From positions 89,598-153,597 of IMG/VR virus record IMGVR_UViG_3300043313_001192: a stretch of 64,000 nucleotides of DNA; one strand, 5' to 3'. This document shows, in pieces, positions 52,399 to 63,756 of the stretch. Position 1 is the stretch's first letter, and each line of letters opens with the position of its first letter. This DNA is from a virus (Duplodnaviria > Heunggongvirae > Uroviricota > Caudoviricetes). The translations under genes and the position numbers were made by a program. The notes under the pieces were generated by a model that was not told the DNA's origin, made no database searches, and saw nothing but the letters and a program-made list of their open reading frames with translations.

Positions 52399-53702
52399 CC
52401 CATCCAGGTGTCGCGCCAGTACGCCGTGGGCAAGGGGACGGTCTTGACGGTCGAGCTGTTCATGGTCAGCAGCACCGCGTTGGGACCCGGTGCCAGCGTG
52501 ATCCACTGCGAAGCCAAGCTCAGGTAGCTGCGGTCATCGAACTGCCATGAGGTGCTGCTGGCGGTCGGACTGATCTCACCCACCCGACGCATCCCGCAGT
52601 CGATCACCAGCTGGTGTCCCGCAGCGACCGTCTTCTGGATCCGCAACGTCTCACCGGTGGTGAGGTTCTGCACAGTGAGTGGGTAGGTCGCACTTGCACC
52701 GTCGATCCGGTTGAACACGAAGGTCGGGAAGGCGAAGTAGTCACCCTTGTTGTGGAGCACCTGGACCTGGGAGGGGGCTGAGGTGACATAGGAAGTCGGG
52801 TCGAAGGTGGCTGAGGTGTACAGCTCCTCGTCCTCGATCAAGAAGTCGGGGTTCACCGCCTTGACCTCGCCGTAGCTTCGGGTCTTGGCGCTGTCCTTGA
52901 TCCGTGCGAGTTCCTGATACTCGGTGGTGAGACCGCCGCCCTCACCAACCTCCAGCGCGAACGCGTGGTACTTGCGGGTGGTCACCACGCCGGTGTTCTG
53001 GATCTCCAGTACCTCGCTCTTCTCCTTGACCGAGAGCTTGGCCGGATTGACACACCTGAACGACAGCGAGAACCGGGTGTGCCCGTTGGTGTTGTAGGTC
53101 TCGACCAGCGGTGCGTCGGCGGTCTGGATGAGCGACATCTTCGGTGGGTCGTAGAAGGTGTTGGGCGTCATCTTCCCCGTTTCGTCTGTCACCTGCTCCT
53201 GGTTCTCGGGTGTCTCGTTGCCGCACAGGGCCAGTAGCCCGACGCCGCGTACGATCCCGGCTGCACGGAGGATCGCGTCGCGGTTGTACCAGACAAGTGA
53301 GGGGTCCGGTGGGATGAAGAGACCGCTGATGGTGACGGTGCGGTTCGTGTAGCGGCCGGTGGTCACCAGTGAGCCGTCCCAGAACGGCTTGGGTGTGTCG
53401 GGGATCTCTGCGGGTGCCAGGGTCCACCAGCCTTCGATGTCGGTGCACAGCCAGAGGGTTCCGTTGAGGTCGCGATGGTTGAGCAGCAGCCCGTTGACGT
53501 TGATGTCCTCGGACAAGGCGATGCCGCCGACAAGCTTCGGGTTGCGCCCGGCGTAGTGGAGCGTGGTGTCGTTGAACGTGGCATCGGGCTGGTTCATCGT
53601 CGCTTCTGCAGCTGGGTTGTTGCCACAGTGCCAGGTCTCGTTCGGCTCCAGGCCGATCCGACGCTGCAGCCCGTCGTAGTCGAACATCTCGTAGATGCTC
53701 AT
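52395..53702 (-). CDS. minor tail protein (distal-tail-protein position, 435 aa)
   Basis: Immediately downstream of the TMP with an ATGA overlap (53699-53702). Confidence 0.5.
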   Translation of the reverse strand: MSIYEMFDYDGLQRRIGLEPNETWHCGNNPAAEATMNQPDATFNDTTLHYAGRNPKLVGGIALSEDINVNGLLLNHRDLNGTLWLCTDIEGWWTLAPAEIPDTPKPFWDGSLVTTGRYTNRTVTISGLFIPPDPSLVWYNRDAILRAAGIVRGVGLLALCGNETPENQEQVTDETGKMTPNTFYDPPKMSLIQTADAPLVETYNTNGHTRFSLSFRCVNPAKLSVKEKSEVLEIQNTGVVTTRKYHAFALEVGEGGGLTTEYQELARIKDSAKTRSYGEVKAVNPDFLIEDEELYTSATFDPTSYVTSAPSQVQVLHNKGDYFAFPTFVFNRIDGASATYPLTVQNLTTGETLRIQKTVAAGHQLVIDCGMRRVGEISPTASSTSWQFDDRSYLSLASQWITLAPGPNAVLLTMNSSTVKTVPLPTAYWRDTWMG

Positions 53703-56700
53703 GACGTTCCGCCTCCTCGACGACGCTTCCAGGACACGCGACGCGCCACCATGTCGGCCAGATGGGCCTCGTTCATGCCGGGTGCGGGATGCACGTTGTA
53801 AATGTCGCCGCCGCCACCGCTTCCACCGACGCTTGCCTGCAAGGTCTCCAGCATCTGGCGCTCAGCCGGGGTGAACCCCTCACGGTCCAGTGGTGTGACC
53901 CGCTCGGACTTCCCGGCCTCGGCGATCATTGCCATCGTGCCCCCTACAGAGGGAGCGACCACACCACCCTTGGCAAGCCGGACGCCGTGCCTACGCAGCC
54001 AGTCGTCAGTCATCCCGTCGCCGCGCACCTCGAAGTGCAGGTGCACACCGGTCGAGTGTCCGGTGGTGCCCATCATGCCGAGCTTCTGACCAGTGCGGAC
54101 CGATTGCCCCTGCCTCACCGCGAGTGAAGCCAGGTGGGCGTAGAGCGTGCTGATGCCACCAGCGTGGCTGATAATCAGGTGGTTGCCGTAGCGCCCGTGA
54201 CTGTCGCTGTAGCCGTGATAGGTGTGGTTGACCCGACCAGTGCTGGCGGCTCGGATGGCGTCACCCGTGACACCGTCGAAGTCCATCGAGTTCTTCGGCA
54301 GGTGGTGACCGCCCGGCCACTGCGAGATGGGTACGTGCCGACTGACGGGGTAGGTCCAGCCACTTGCCGGGCCGGTGTAGGCAGCGCCACCACCGCCACC
54401 AGCTGCCTCCATGGCGTCACTGCCCTTGTACACGTTGTACCAGTGCTGTGCCTGGGTGATCCGGTTCCCTTGCGGACCACCCGCGTGACGCTCGTAGCCA
54501 AGCTCGAACGCTCGGGTTGCCGCACCGATGGTCTTGGCAGCTCTGAGTCGTGCACCGGCTCCTCCTTCAGGAGACGACCCACGTCCAGCGAGCTGTGCCG
54601 CGAGAGCGGTGACCTCCGCGTTGATGCTCGGCTTCTTCCCCTTCAGGTAGGGGATCAGCTTGCGTCCAGGAGTCCACTGCACCAGGCCGTACCCGCCACC
54701 GCCAGCCGCCGCCGGGTTCATCGAGTGACCGCCACCCTGGACGATGAACGGGTCGAAGCCCGACTCGGACTGCATGTTGCCCATGACACCAGCGGTCTGC
54801 ACCTTGGAGAGCCCGATGGATCGCAGTGCTCGCCAGACCGCGGCAGTGCCGCCTCCTGATGAGGATGCGGCAGCCGCAGCGGCTGCGGCCCTGGCGATGT
54901 CGTCTTGGTGCTTGCCCATCCCAGTGATCCTGCCTGCGATGGAGTTGATCGCACCGTAGGCGATTCGCTTGACGATGCCGCTGTCCTCGCTGACGTTCAT
55001 CGACTTCTTGAACTTCGAGAGCGCCCACTTGAAGGCCGCCTCGTAGCCCTTCTTGAGCACGTCACCGAGACTCTTGAGATTGTCGAGCCGATCTCCGAAC
55101 CAGTTGAGGATCCCGCCGCCGCTGTCCTTCTTCTTCCTCTTCGTCGTCGTCGAGCCGCTGCCACCCGTACCCGTTGGTCCCACACCGCGCAGCGCGTCCT
55201 TGCGCAGCTGAGTCACCCTCTGGTGCCCACCCAGAGCCTTGACCTCGGAGGCGGTCAGCACGTGCTCGCCGCTGGAGAGGCGCGCCAGGATCTTGTCCTC
55301 CTTGGGGCCACCAGGGCCGCGGACCGGACCACCTTCGGCGAACCCCTTGAACTTCCCCAACGGCGACCACTTGAGCTTGATGGGGGACGCACCGAACTTG
55401 CCGAGGATGGTGTTGAGCTTCCCGATCAGCCAGAGGATCTTCTCGCGCACCCAGTTGACGGCGCCGACCAGGCCCGAGCCCATGCCGTCCCAGATCTTCG
55501 ACAGGGAGCCCTTGATGGCCGCGCCCCATCCGGAGATGGTCGTCTTGATCCGGCCCCACTTCTTGACGATCCAGTTCCAGGCGTCCTTGAATGCGCCGGA
55601 GAACTTGGCCCAGACGTTGCCGATGCTCCTGGTGAGCTGCGTGCGCCAGTTGCCCACGTTCCGCTTGATGTTGGCCCACTTGCCGGTGACCCATCCCCAG
55701 GCGCTGACCAGTGCGTTGTAGAACTTGGCCCAGAGGTTGCCGATTTTCTTGGTGAGCTGTGCACGCCAGCCCGAGACTGCGTCCTTGATGCGCTTCCAGG
55801 CGCCCTTGACCGAACTCCACGCACTACTCAGTGCGTTGGTGAACTTGGCCCAGATGTTGCCAATCCTCTTGGTGAGCTGCGCACGCCAGCCCGAGACACT
55901 GGACTTGATGTCCTCCCACTTGCCGGTGATCGACGCCCAGGCAGCAGACAGTCCGCTGGTGATCTTGTCCCACATGTGGCCGAGGAAGCCCTTGATGTTG
56001 TCGATCGCATCAGTGACTGTCTTCGAGATGGCGTCCCAGTGCTTGGTGATCAACAGCACGGCGATCCCGATCGGGCCGGTGAGGATCGCCAGGATGGTGG
56101 GCCAGTTCTTCTTGACCCAGTCGAAGACGTCGACGATCTTGTCCCACACCCACTGGAAGGCATCACCGATCGCGCTCAGGACACCCTTCGAGTCCTCGAA
56201 GGTGCTCACCATGTCGTCCCAGATCTGGACGGCGACGTCCTTGATCCAGCCGAACATGGGTTGCAGGATCGTCTTCCACACCCAGCTGGCCGCGTCGCCC
56301 AGTGCACTCAGGGTCTTGGAGAAGATGTGCGTCTTCTTCTCCAGCTTCACCAGCAACGGCCAGACCAGCGGGATGATGATCATCGCCGCCATCCCCCACG
56401 GCCCCATCGCGAACCGCATGGCCGAGCCGATGCCGCGGATCCCCAGCGACAGCGGCTTCATCATCTTCGACAGCGGCCCGGCTGCCTTGCCGAACTTGCC
56501 CATCACACCGGCGAACTTGCCGACCTTGCCGACCTCGCCCGCTGCTGCTCCACCGAGACCTGCAGCTCCGCCGCCGCCCGCTGCGGCACCGGTGGTGGCA
56601 CCCACCGCCCCAGCCCCGGCGGAACCCTCCTTCAGCGCCGTGACCGAGGAGGCACCCATCTGGGCTGCGGCGGCCTCGGCAGCGACCGTGCTCTCACGCA

Positions 56701-59638
56701 GACCGGTCGCATACGACTCGCCGATGTTCACACCGATCCCGGTGGCGACCGCAGACGGCGACTTGATCTGCCAGATGGCCTTGATGCTTGTGAGCGCGGA
56801 CCGTGCCATCGACTCCGCGGCCAGGACAAGGGCAGGTGTGGCTTCCTCGATACCGATGGTCAGGCCAGTGGCGAACTCACTGCCTGCTGCGACCAGACCA
56901 GTCTTGGGCAGTGCTGCCTTCACCGCTCTGGTTGCTGTTGCGGCCAGAGTCTTGATGCCGGTGCCGAAGCCGGTCTCGAACGCAGCCGCAACCTCCAGGC
57001 CCGCTTCCTCCATCGCGATCCCGGCCGACGTCGCCTTGCCAGCCGCGCCGCGGATGTTGCCCGGCAGACCCTGAAGACCCTTGAGCAGACCAGGTGGCGG
57101 TACGAAGGTGGAGAAGAGCTTCTTACCGATGCCACCAGCGAACCGGATGGCAGCGATGGTCCCCAGTGCGGTGCCGATGCCCTTGAGGACCGGGACCGGG
57201 ACCATGTCGACGAGGTTGCCGATGAAGCCGACGAAGTCGGCGAGAGTGTCGACGAAGACCTTCAACGATCCACTCTCGGAGAGCGAGTTGAAGAGGTCGA
57301 CCAGGTTCACCACCAGGCGGGCCAGCCCTGGTGCAGCTTCACCGGCATGGGTGGCGAGGTCCTTGAACGCGTCGCTCTTGCCAATGATGTCGAAGGCGTC
57401 CCCGATCCGCTTGTCACTGCCCATGATGAGCAAGGGGTCGATGATGGCGCTCTTGAGTGCTCGTCCCTCAGAGTCCAGAGTCTCCAAGGAGGTGGTGAAC
57501 CGGTCGACCATGCCATCGTGGTCAAGGGATGCGGTGAAGTTGTTGAGGCTCTCGGTGAGCTTGGGGATGTAGCCGGTGCGTGCGTTGCCCTTCTTGTCGG
57601 TCCACTTGAAGCTCTCACTGGCTTCGAGAGCAGCCCCGCCGACCTTCTTCAGCCAGCCCCACAACCCGACGAAGAGATCCTTGAACTCGGCGACTCGGTC
57701 GCCTGCTCTGGAGATGGTGCCGTCCAGCTTGCCGGTCTTGTTGTCGAGTGTCGCGGTCGCATTCCACGATCCAGTGACCTTCTCGGTCCACTCGGAGAAC
57801 TTCAGCAACGTCGGTCCGGCAGCGTCAGCGATCTGGATGAACGCACCGGCCAGGTTGCCTGCCGCGTTGCCGAAGTTCTCGATCACGTCGTTGTTGTTGT
57901 CCATCACGCTGACGAGAGCAGTCGAGAACGGCGGCTTGGTCGCAGCGTCGGCGCCCCTGCGGACCAGGTCACCCAGTACGGTCGAGGTGCCCTCCAGCTT
58001 GTCGACCACCTGCTGCCATGTCGGGCTCTTGACGACCGTGTTCAGACCGTCCAGCAACCCACCGAACAACGGGTCGGCGATCTCGTTCCGTGCTTTCCTG
58101 AACTTCGGCCCCAGCTCGATCAGACGCTTGACGAACTCCCGCTGCTTCGGGCTGAGCTTGTCGAGTGCGGTCTTGTAGGCATCGGCAGCGGTGGTCGCCG
58201 CCTTCGTCGCGGCGGTGCCTTCCTTCTGGGCCTCAGTCAGCCTGGACTGAGCATCAGCCAGCGCCTGCTGAGCATCAGCGATCTTCCGGGCGTTGTCCTG
58301 GGCGGTTTGGCCCTGCTCACGACGGGCGTCAGCAAGATCACGCCCGGCGTCGGCCTCGGCCCTCTGGGCATCAGCGACCGCGTTGTGGGCGTCGATCATC
58401 GCGTCGGTGCCCTCGACGCCGGTCTTGGCAGCCTTCCTCTGGTCCTTGTCGGCTCGCTCGCGTCGGTTCTTGGCCTCGCGGTAGTTCAGGTCGGCTTCCT
58501 TGAACGACAGCTCGGCCTCAACCCGTGCCCGGTCGTCCGGTGCCAGCTCGGAGACCGACGCCAGCTTGTCTTGAGCATCACCCAGGGCCAGCGCCGCCCG
58601 GTCTTCAGCCAGGGCAGCGTCCTCGGCCGCGAACCCGATTTCCTTGAGCTGCTGCAGAGCCTCCTCACGGGCGGCGTTCAGCTCCTTCTGCGCGATCGCA
58701 CTGTCTCGCTGGGCACTCGCCAACGCCCGCTCGGCGTCCTGGACCCGACGCGACGCATCAGCAGCAGCGCGCGCAGCGTCCTGGTATGCCTGGGCCAGGT
58801 TCTGCTTGGCGTCGCGCACGGCGCGGCTCGCTGCTGCGGTGGCCTTGCCCATCCCACCTACTGCTCCACCAGCAACGGCTGCACTCTTGTCGACAGACTT
58901 GAACCCTGCGGTGACGGCCTCGCCCACACCGTGCATCGAGATGGCCACCACAGCGCCGACTTGGCCGAGGCTGGTCAGACCCCCGGCCAGGACGCCGAGC
59001 GCCGGTGCGGTAGCCGCTGCTGAAGCACCCAGAGCGAAGATGCCTTGTCCGGCAGCAACAAGACCACCCACAGCAGCACCGGCGGCGGTGCCGGTGAAGG
59101 CCAGCATGTCGTGCAGTCCAGAGAGCCACTGACGCGCCGATACGCCCTGTCTGCTCAGTGAGTTCAGGGCGTTGCTGAAGAACCCTGCGTCGTTGCCCGC
59201 CGAGCGGAACCCACTGCCGCCGCCGATGTTCTTGAGCGAGCTGCTGGCTTGACGTCCGGATCGCGATACGTCCTTGGACGTGTTGCTGATCCGGCGCAGG
59301 TCGTCGTTGGTGGTCTGCAGCGTCGAGGACGTCCTGGCGAACGAGGACTGCATCATGTCCCCGGCATCGGATGCCGTGAGCCCGACGTCGTCCAGGGAGC
59401 GCTCGACCTTCTTGAAGTCGTTGCTCATCTTGGTGCTGGCCTTCTGGCCACGCAGTTCCAAGTCGCGGAAGAACTTCTCGGTGTTGCTGCTGGACAGGCC
59501 CTTGACGAAGTCGTCGCCGAGCTTCTTGCCCCCGGTCTCCATCTGCCTGGAGAGGCGCTTGAGCATCGAGTCCAGGGACTTCTCGAAGCCCTTGGTGTTG
59601 ACCCGGATATTGACGTAGGCAGTGCCGACGCTAGGCAT
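53699..59638 (-). CDS. tail tape measure protein with SLT-like and M23 peptidase motifs
   Basis: 1979 aa; long Ala-rich helical regions; Gly-rich TM stretch; SLT/Rpf-like ...QTAGVMGNMQSESGFDP...GYGLVQWT; M23 ...GTTGHSTGVHLHFEVR. Confidence 0.85.
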   Translation of the reverse strand: MPSVGTAYVNIRVNTKGFEKSLDSMLKRLSRQMETGGKKLGDDFVKGLSSSNTEKFFRDLELRGQKASTKMSNDFKKVERSLDDVGLTASDAGDMMQSSFARTSSTLQTTNDDLRRISNTSKDVSRSGRQASSSLKNIGGGSGFRSAGNDAGFFSNALNSLSRQGVSARQWLSGLHDMLAFTGTAAGAAVGGLVAAGQGIFALGASAAATAPALGVLAGGLTSLGQVGAVVAISMHGVGEAVTAGFKSVDKSAAVAGGAVGGMGKATAAASRAVRDAKQNLAQAYQDAARAAADASRRVQDAERALASAQRDSAIAQKELNAAREEALQQLKEIGFAAEDAALAEDRAALALGDAQDKLASVSELAPDDRARVEAELSFKEADLNYREAKNRRERADKDQRKAAKTGVEGTDAMIDAHNAVADAQRAEADAGRDLADARREQGQTAQDNARKIADAQQALADAQSRLTEAQKEGTAATKAATTAADAYKTALDKLSPKQREFVKRLIELGPKFRKARNEIADPLFGGLLDGLNTVVKSPTWQQVVDKLEGTSTVLGDLVRRGADAATKPPFSTALVSVMDNNNDVIENFGNAAGNLAGAFIQIADAAGPTLLKFSEWTEKVTGSWNATATLDNKTGKLDGTISRAGDRVAEFKDLFVGLWGWLKKVGGAALEASESFKWTDKKGNARTGYIPKLTESLNNFTASLDHDGMVDRFTTSLETLDSEGRALKSAIIDPLLIMGSDKRIGDAFDIIGKSDAFKDLATHAGEAAPGLARLVVNLVDLFNSLSESGSLKVFVDTLADFVGFIGNLVDMVPVPVLKGIGTALGTIAAIRFAGGIGKKLFSTFVPPPGLLKGLQGLPGNIRGAAGKATSAGIAMEEAGLEVAAAFETGFGTGIKTLAATATRAVKAALPKTGLVAAGSEFATGLTIGIEEATPALVLAAESMARSALTSIKAIWQIKSPSAVATGIGVNIGESYATGLRESTVAAEAAAAQMGASSVTALKEGSAGAGAVGATTGAAAGGGGAAGLGGAAAGEVGKVGKFAGVMGKFGKAAGPLSKMMKPLSLGIRGIGSAMRFAMGPWGMAAMIIIPLVWPLLVKLEKKTHIFSKTLSALGDAASWVWKTILQPMFGWIKDVAVQIWDDMVSTFEDSKGVLSAIGDAFQWVWDKIVDVFDWVKKNWPTILAILTGPIGIAVLLITKHWDAISKTVTDAIDNIKGFLGHMWDKITSGLSAAWASITGKWEDIKSSVSGWRAQLTKRIGNIWAKFTNALSSAWSSVKGAWKRIKDAVSGWRAQLTKKIGNLWAKFYNALVSAWGWVTGKWANIKRNVGNWRTQLTRSIGNVWAKFSGAFKDAWNWIVKKWGRIKTTISGWGAAIKGSLSKIWDGMGSGLVGAVNWVREKILWLIGKLNTILGKFGASPIKLKWSPLGKFKGFAEGGPVRGPGGPKEDKILARLSSGEHVLTASEVKALGGHQRVTQLRKDALRGVGPTGTGGSGSTTTKRKKKDSGGGILNWFGDRLDNLKSLGDVLKKGYEAAFKWALSKFKKSMNVSEDSGIVKRIAYGAINSIAGRITGMGKHQDDIARAAAAAAAASSSGGGTAAVWRALRSIGLSKVQTAGVMGNMQSESGFDPFIVQGGGHSMNPAAAGGGGYGLVQWTPGRKLIPYLKGKKPSINAEVTALAAQLAGRGSSPEGGAGARLRAAKTIGAATRAFELGYERHAGGPQGNRITQAQHWYNVYKGSDAMEAAGGGGGAAYTGPASGWTYPVSRHVPISQWPGGHHLPKNSMDFDGVTGDAIRAASTGRVNHTYHGYSDSHGRYGNHLIISHAGGISTLYAHLASLAVRQGQSVRTGQKLGMMGTTGHSTGVHLHFEVRGDGMTDDWLRRHGVRLAKGGVVAPSVGGTMAMIAEAGKSERVTPLDREGFTPAERQMLETLQASVGGSGGGGDIYNVHPAPGMNEAHLADMVARRVSWKRRRGGGTS

Positions 59639-59653
59639 GTCTCATCACCACCA

Positions 59654-60334
59654 TCACCCCAGCGGTGCGTCCAGCACGGAGCCGTACGGCGTGGCCGAGG
59701 TGGGATCGACCGGGGTGGGTGGGATGTAGGGCTTGTGGGTCAGTCTGGGTGCCCCGGACGACGGTGCTGATGCTGCCGACGATGACGGCGCACTGTCGGA
59801 GTAGACGTCCCCGCTGGCCACGTCTTGGGTGCCGAACTCGCCGTCCTCGGCACTGCTGCCCCAGCGGTAGGGACGATCGTAGAGCTGGGTGTAGATGGTG
59901 CCGCGCATCTTGCGCTTGGCGTCCGCGGTCTCCTTCTCGTCGAGACTGTCGGACTCGAAGCAGTAGTGGACGATGTCGAGCATGTCCTGGGCAGGCATCC
60001 GCTCCAGACGAAGGCCAGTTTGTACGAGACACCATCCACGGAGGTACGGCCAGTGTTGATCGGCCCAGCCTAGGAGACCGAGGATGGCCGTGTAGGGCGG
60101 TCGGTGTACTCCTCGATCAGCCAGGACATGATGTCGGAGAGGGTGTCCATCGGGACGATCCGCTTCGGGTCCTCCATCAGCTTCCCGAACCGCTCGTACT
60201 CCTCGGAAGGCATCACCTTCTCGAAGAAATCGAGGACCGAGACCGCCATCATCACGCCGCGGGTGTCCTCGTCGCCCTCGGCGGCGACCCTCATGATGTC
60301 GAGGATGGTCTTGCCCTGCACCTCGGGGTAGCAC
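59654..60334 (-). CDS. tail assembly chaperone G-T extension (-1 frame; expressed by programmed frameshift from 60070..60447)
   Basis: Open -1 frame overlaps the 3' half of the G gene and continues to 59654. Distal part reads as protein (RMPAQDMLDIVHYCFESDSLDEKETADAKRKMRGTIYTQLYDRPYRWG...); the proximal part is read-through. Confidence 0.45.
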   Translation of the reverse strand: MLPRGAGQDHPRHHEGRRRGRRGHPRRDDGGLGPRFLREGDAFRGVRAVREADGGPEADRPDGHPLRHHVLADRGVHRPPYTAILGLLGWADQHWPYLRGWCLVQTGLRLERMPAQDMLDIVHYCFESDSLDEKETADAKRKMRGTIYTQLYDRPYRWGSSAEDGEFGTQDVASGDVYSDSAPSSSAASAPSSGAPRLTHKPYIPPTPVDPTSATPYGSVLDAPLG

Positions 60335-60447
60335 ATGAATGTCTCACCCCCGAGGTCGAAGTCCAGGGGTTCCGAGTCGTCGATGTTGACGACCTCGAAC
60401 GACTTGTGCCGCTTCTTCCCGTTCTTACCGGTGGCCTTGGCAGGCAT
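60070..60447 (-). CDS. tail assembly chaperone (G-like)
   Basis: 125 aa acidic protein immediately upstream of the TMP; overlapped by a -1 frame ORF. Confidence 0.55.
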   Translation of the reverse strand: MPAKATGKNGKKRHKSFEVVNIDDSEPLDFDLGGETFMCYPEVQGKTILDIMRVAAEGDEDTRGVMMAVSVLDFFEKVMPSEEYERFGKLMEDPKRIVPMDTLSDIMSWLIEEYTDRPTRPSSVS

Positions 60448-60614
60448 GTCTTCGGTCCCTTCGTGGTCCGTCGTCTGTCGCTGTCTTGGTAAACACTAGC
60501 GACGAGAAGCCAGGACGTCAGTGGCGAAGGGCGGTTCTGATTACGTTGGTTTATTTAGGTTTAGCAAGACAGAACCCGCACCGGGTGGCCGATGCGGGTT
60601 CTGTGGTACTCAGA

Positions 60615-61115
60615 TCACTCGTCGGGTTGCTCGTCCTCCCCCTTCTCGACGTTGGTCTTGCCCTCGATCGAGCCGTCGAGATCCTTGGAGTCGCTGTTGC
60701 CACCCGAGAGCGCGTTCTCCACGCCCTTGCCGACACCGCCGGTCAGGTTGGTCAGGATCTCCGGGTTCTCGTCGATCGTGGTCATCACCCGGTCGACGAT
60801 CTTGTAGACCTCGTCGAGGCGGACCTTGAGCATCGCCTGCACCCGGACGTTCTCGATGTCGACCTCGACCTTCTCGATCGAGACCTGGGCTCCGACGCTC
60901 AGCTCCAGCAGGTCGAGCACCTTGGCGTGCAGCTGGACGTCGGCCCGCAGGTTGTCCACCGTGATCCCGATGTGGTCGATGCCCAGGTTCGGGATCGCCA
61001 GCAGCACGTCGGGGTCCTGGTTGCTGCCCAACCAGTCCTGCGCCGAGGCGTCAGCCAGCGGCTCCAGCGTGGCCGTGGTGTCGGTGCGGGTGTTGTCGTC
61101 CTTGGACGTCTGCAT
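60615..61115 (-). CDS. hypothetical protein (~166 aa), acidic C-terminus
   Basis: Start judged at MQTSKDDNTRTD; the upstream RS/RSR-rich 78 codons overlap gene 61186..62226. Core ...VDNLRADVQLHAKVLDLLELSVGAQVSIEKVEVDIENVRVQAMLKVRLDEVYKIVDRV. Confidence 0.4.
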   Translation of the reverse strand: MQTSKDDNTRTDTTATLEPLADASAQDWLGSNQDPDVLLAIPNLGIDHIGITVDNLRADVQLHAKVLDLLELSVGAQVSIEKVEVDIENVRVQAMLKVRLDEVYKIVDRVMTTIDENPEILTNLTGGVGKGVENALSGGNSDSKDLDGSIEGKTNVEKGEDEQPDE

Positions 61116-61185
61116 CGAGACTTCCTTGGACTCCGACTCCTGCTGATCCGACTCCTCCTTGGGGCGCCGCTGCGGACGCCCCTTG

Positions 61186-62225
61186 TCAGGCACGCGCCCG
61201 CCTGGCGGGTCGCGCCCTCCGGGTAGGTGCGGGCTCCGGCTCCGGCTCCGGCTCCGGCTCTTCCTCCGGCTCCTCGACCTCGTCCTCGGGCTCGGTCTCG
61301 TCGACGTCCTCCGGCTCCGGCTCTTCCTCGTCCGTCGGCTCCTCGGCACCTTCCTCGTCCGTGGGTTCCTCGGTCTCCTCGCCCTCGGGTTGCCCCTCCG
61401 GCTCCTCGGTCTCCAGGTCGTCGTTCTCCTCGACCATCTCGTCCAGCTCTTCGGGCTCGGTGCGCATCACGTACCGACGGAAGTGCTTCATGTCGAGCCG
61501 CACCCGCTTGCCCACCGTGTGCCAACGCTGGCCCATCCACTCGACCGGACCCTTGCTCCAGTACTCGATCTCGATCGCCATCAGGGTGGCGTTGTCGCCG
61601 ATCTCCGTGAGCGTGATGGTCCCGTCGACCTTGCCCTTGGCGCCCTCGGACTTCCACGACACCCGCTGGGGCGGGTCGAAGTCGACCGTGGTCGCCTTCC
61701 AGGAGCGCTTGGACATGAAGATCTTGGCCGACCAGTTGGTCTCCTCGCCCTCCAGCGGGTGATCACCCTCCTCCAGCTCGTCCTCGTTCTTCTCCTCACC
61801 GCGAGCAACGTTCTCGGGTCCCTTCATGAACGAGGGGAACTCCTCCCACTGCACGAACGCGGCCCAGCAGACGTCACGGGGCACACCGACGATGATGTCC
61901 TCGACGATGTTGTGCGGACGCTTGGAGCCGCTCTTGCGCTTGAACAGGCCGCCGACACCCTCCTTGATCGTCGAGCCCAGCCCCTTGACGGCAGCTCCGA
62001 CCGGAGAGGCGCCCTCGCCGAGCTTCTCCGCGGCGTTGCCGAGAAAGCCCTTCTTCTCCTCGCCGTCGTCACCGTCACCGTCGTCCTGACTGCCGTTGCC
62101 GTTGCTGCCGTTGGACTTCCCGGACGCACGGTCACCGAGGTTGCTGATGACCTGCCCAGCCTTGGCGGTGGCGAACTCGGTTGCTGCCTTGGTGAGCAGC
62201 TCGGTGGTCTTGGATCCTTCAGCCA

Positions 62226-62226
<1 letters not shown>
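61186..62226 (-). CDS. SRPBCC-like (START/Bet v1-fold-like) protein with long acidic E/P-rich C-terminal tail
   Basis: 346 aa; N-terminal Gly/Ser/Asp-rich low complexity; core IVEDIIVGVPRDVCWAAFVQWEEFPSFM...VDGTITLTEIGDNATLMAIEIEY; C-terminal (E/P/T)n tail ending PEPEPEPEPAPTRRARPARRARA. Confidence 0.4.
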
Positions 62227-63281
<1,055 letters not shown>

Positions 63282-63336
63282 AAACAGTTAACTACAGCCG
63301 TGCGTCACCACCGGAGACTAGCGGACTCTGGCGGAT

Positions 63337-63756
63337 TCAGGGACGTAGGGAGGAGGCGTCTCTCAGCTTCATGAACGCAGGGAGCGCGTTGCGCAGGAAC
63401 GGGTTCCCAGGAGTACCTGGGTGGTGTACCACCCGAGGATGCACCAACCGGCCATGGCTGCGGAACGACAAGCTGCCCTCGATGATGTGCGGCTTGGTGC
63501 CCTGGTGGTGCCAGTAGGCGTAGCGAGTGTTGCCCTCGATCTGGAACCACCAGTACGGCGGTGCCATTCGAGAGGTCAGCGTGATCCGTGAGGCAAGCCG
63601 TCCCGAGTCCTTGCCGACCAGCACCTTGGCCCTGCGCTGGACCGCCTTCGCACGACGTTCGAGGTCGTAGAAGATCGGTGTCATGTCGGGTGTGATGGTC
63701 TTGCCGAACAGCAGCTTGGCGACACCCGGCCGATTGATCTCGTGCGTCTGGGCCAT
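63337..63756 (-). CDS. head-tail connector/tail-completion-like protein (HK97 gp10-like, tentative)
   Basis: 139 aa basic protein at the head-tail junction position. Confidence 0.4.
   Translation of the reverse strand: MAQTHEINRPGVAKLLFGKTITPDMTPIFYDLERRAKAVQRRAKVLVGKDSGRLASRITLTSRMAPPYWWFQIEGNTRYAYWHHQGTKPHIIEGSLSFRSHGRLVHPRVVHHPGTPGNPFLRNALPAFMKLRDASSLRP

Noticed and set aside
53762-59132. Long plus-strand ORFs (for example 54905..59023, 1372 aa) opposite the TMP
   Set aside because: Antisense of the TMP gene in high-GC DNA; composition (R/G/L/D-rich, no motifs) is non-protein-like.
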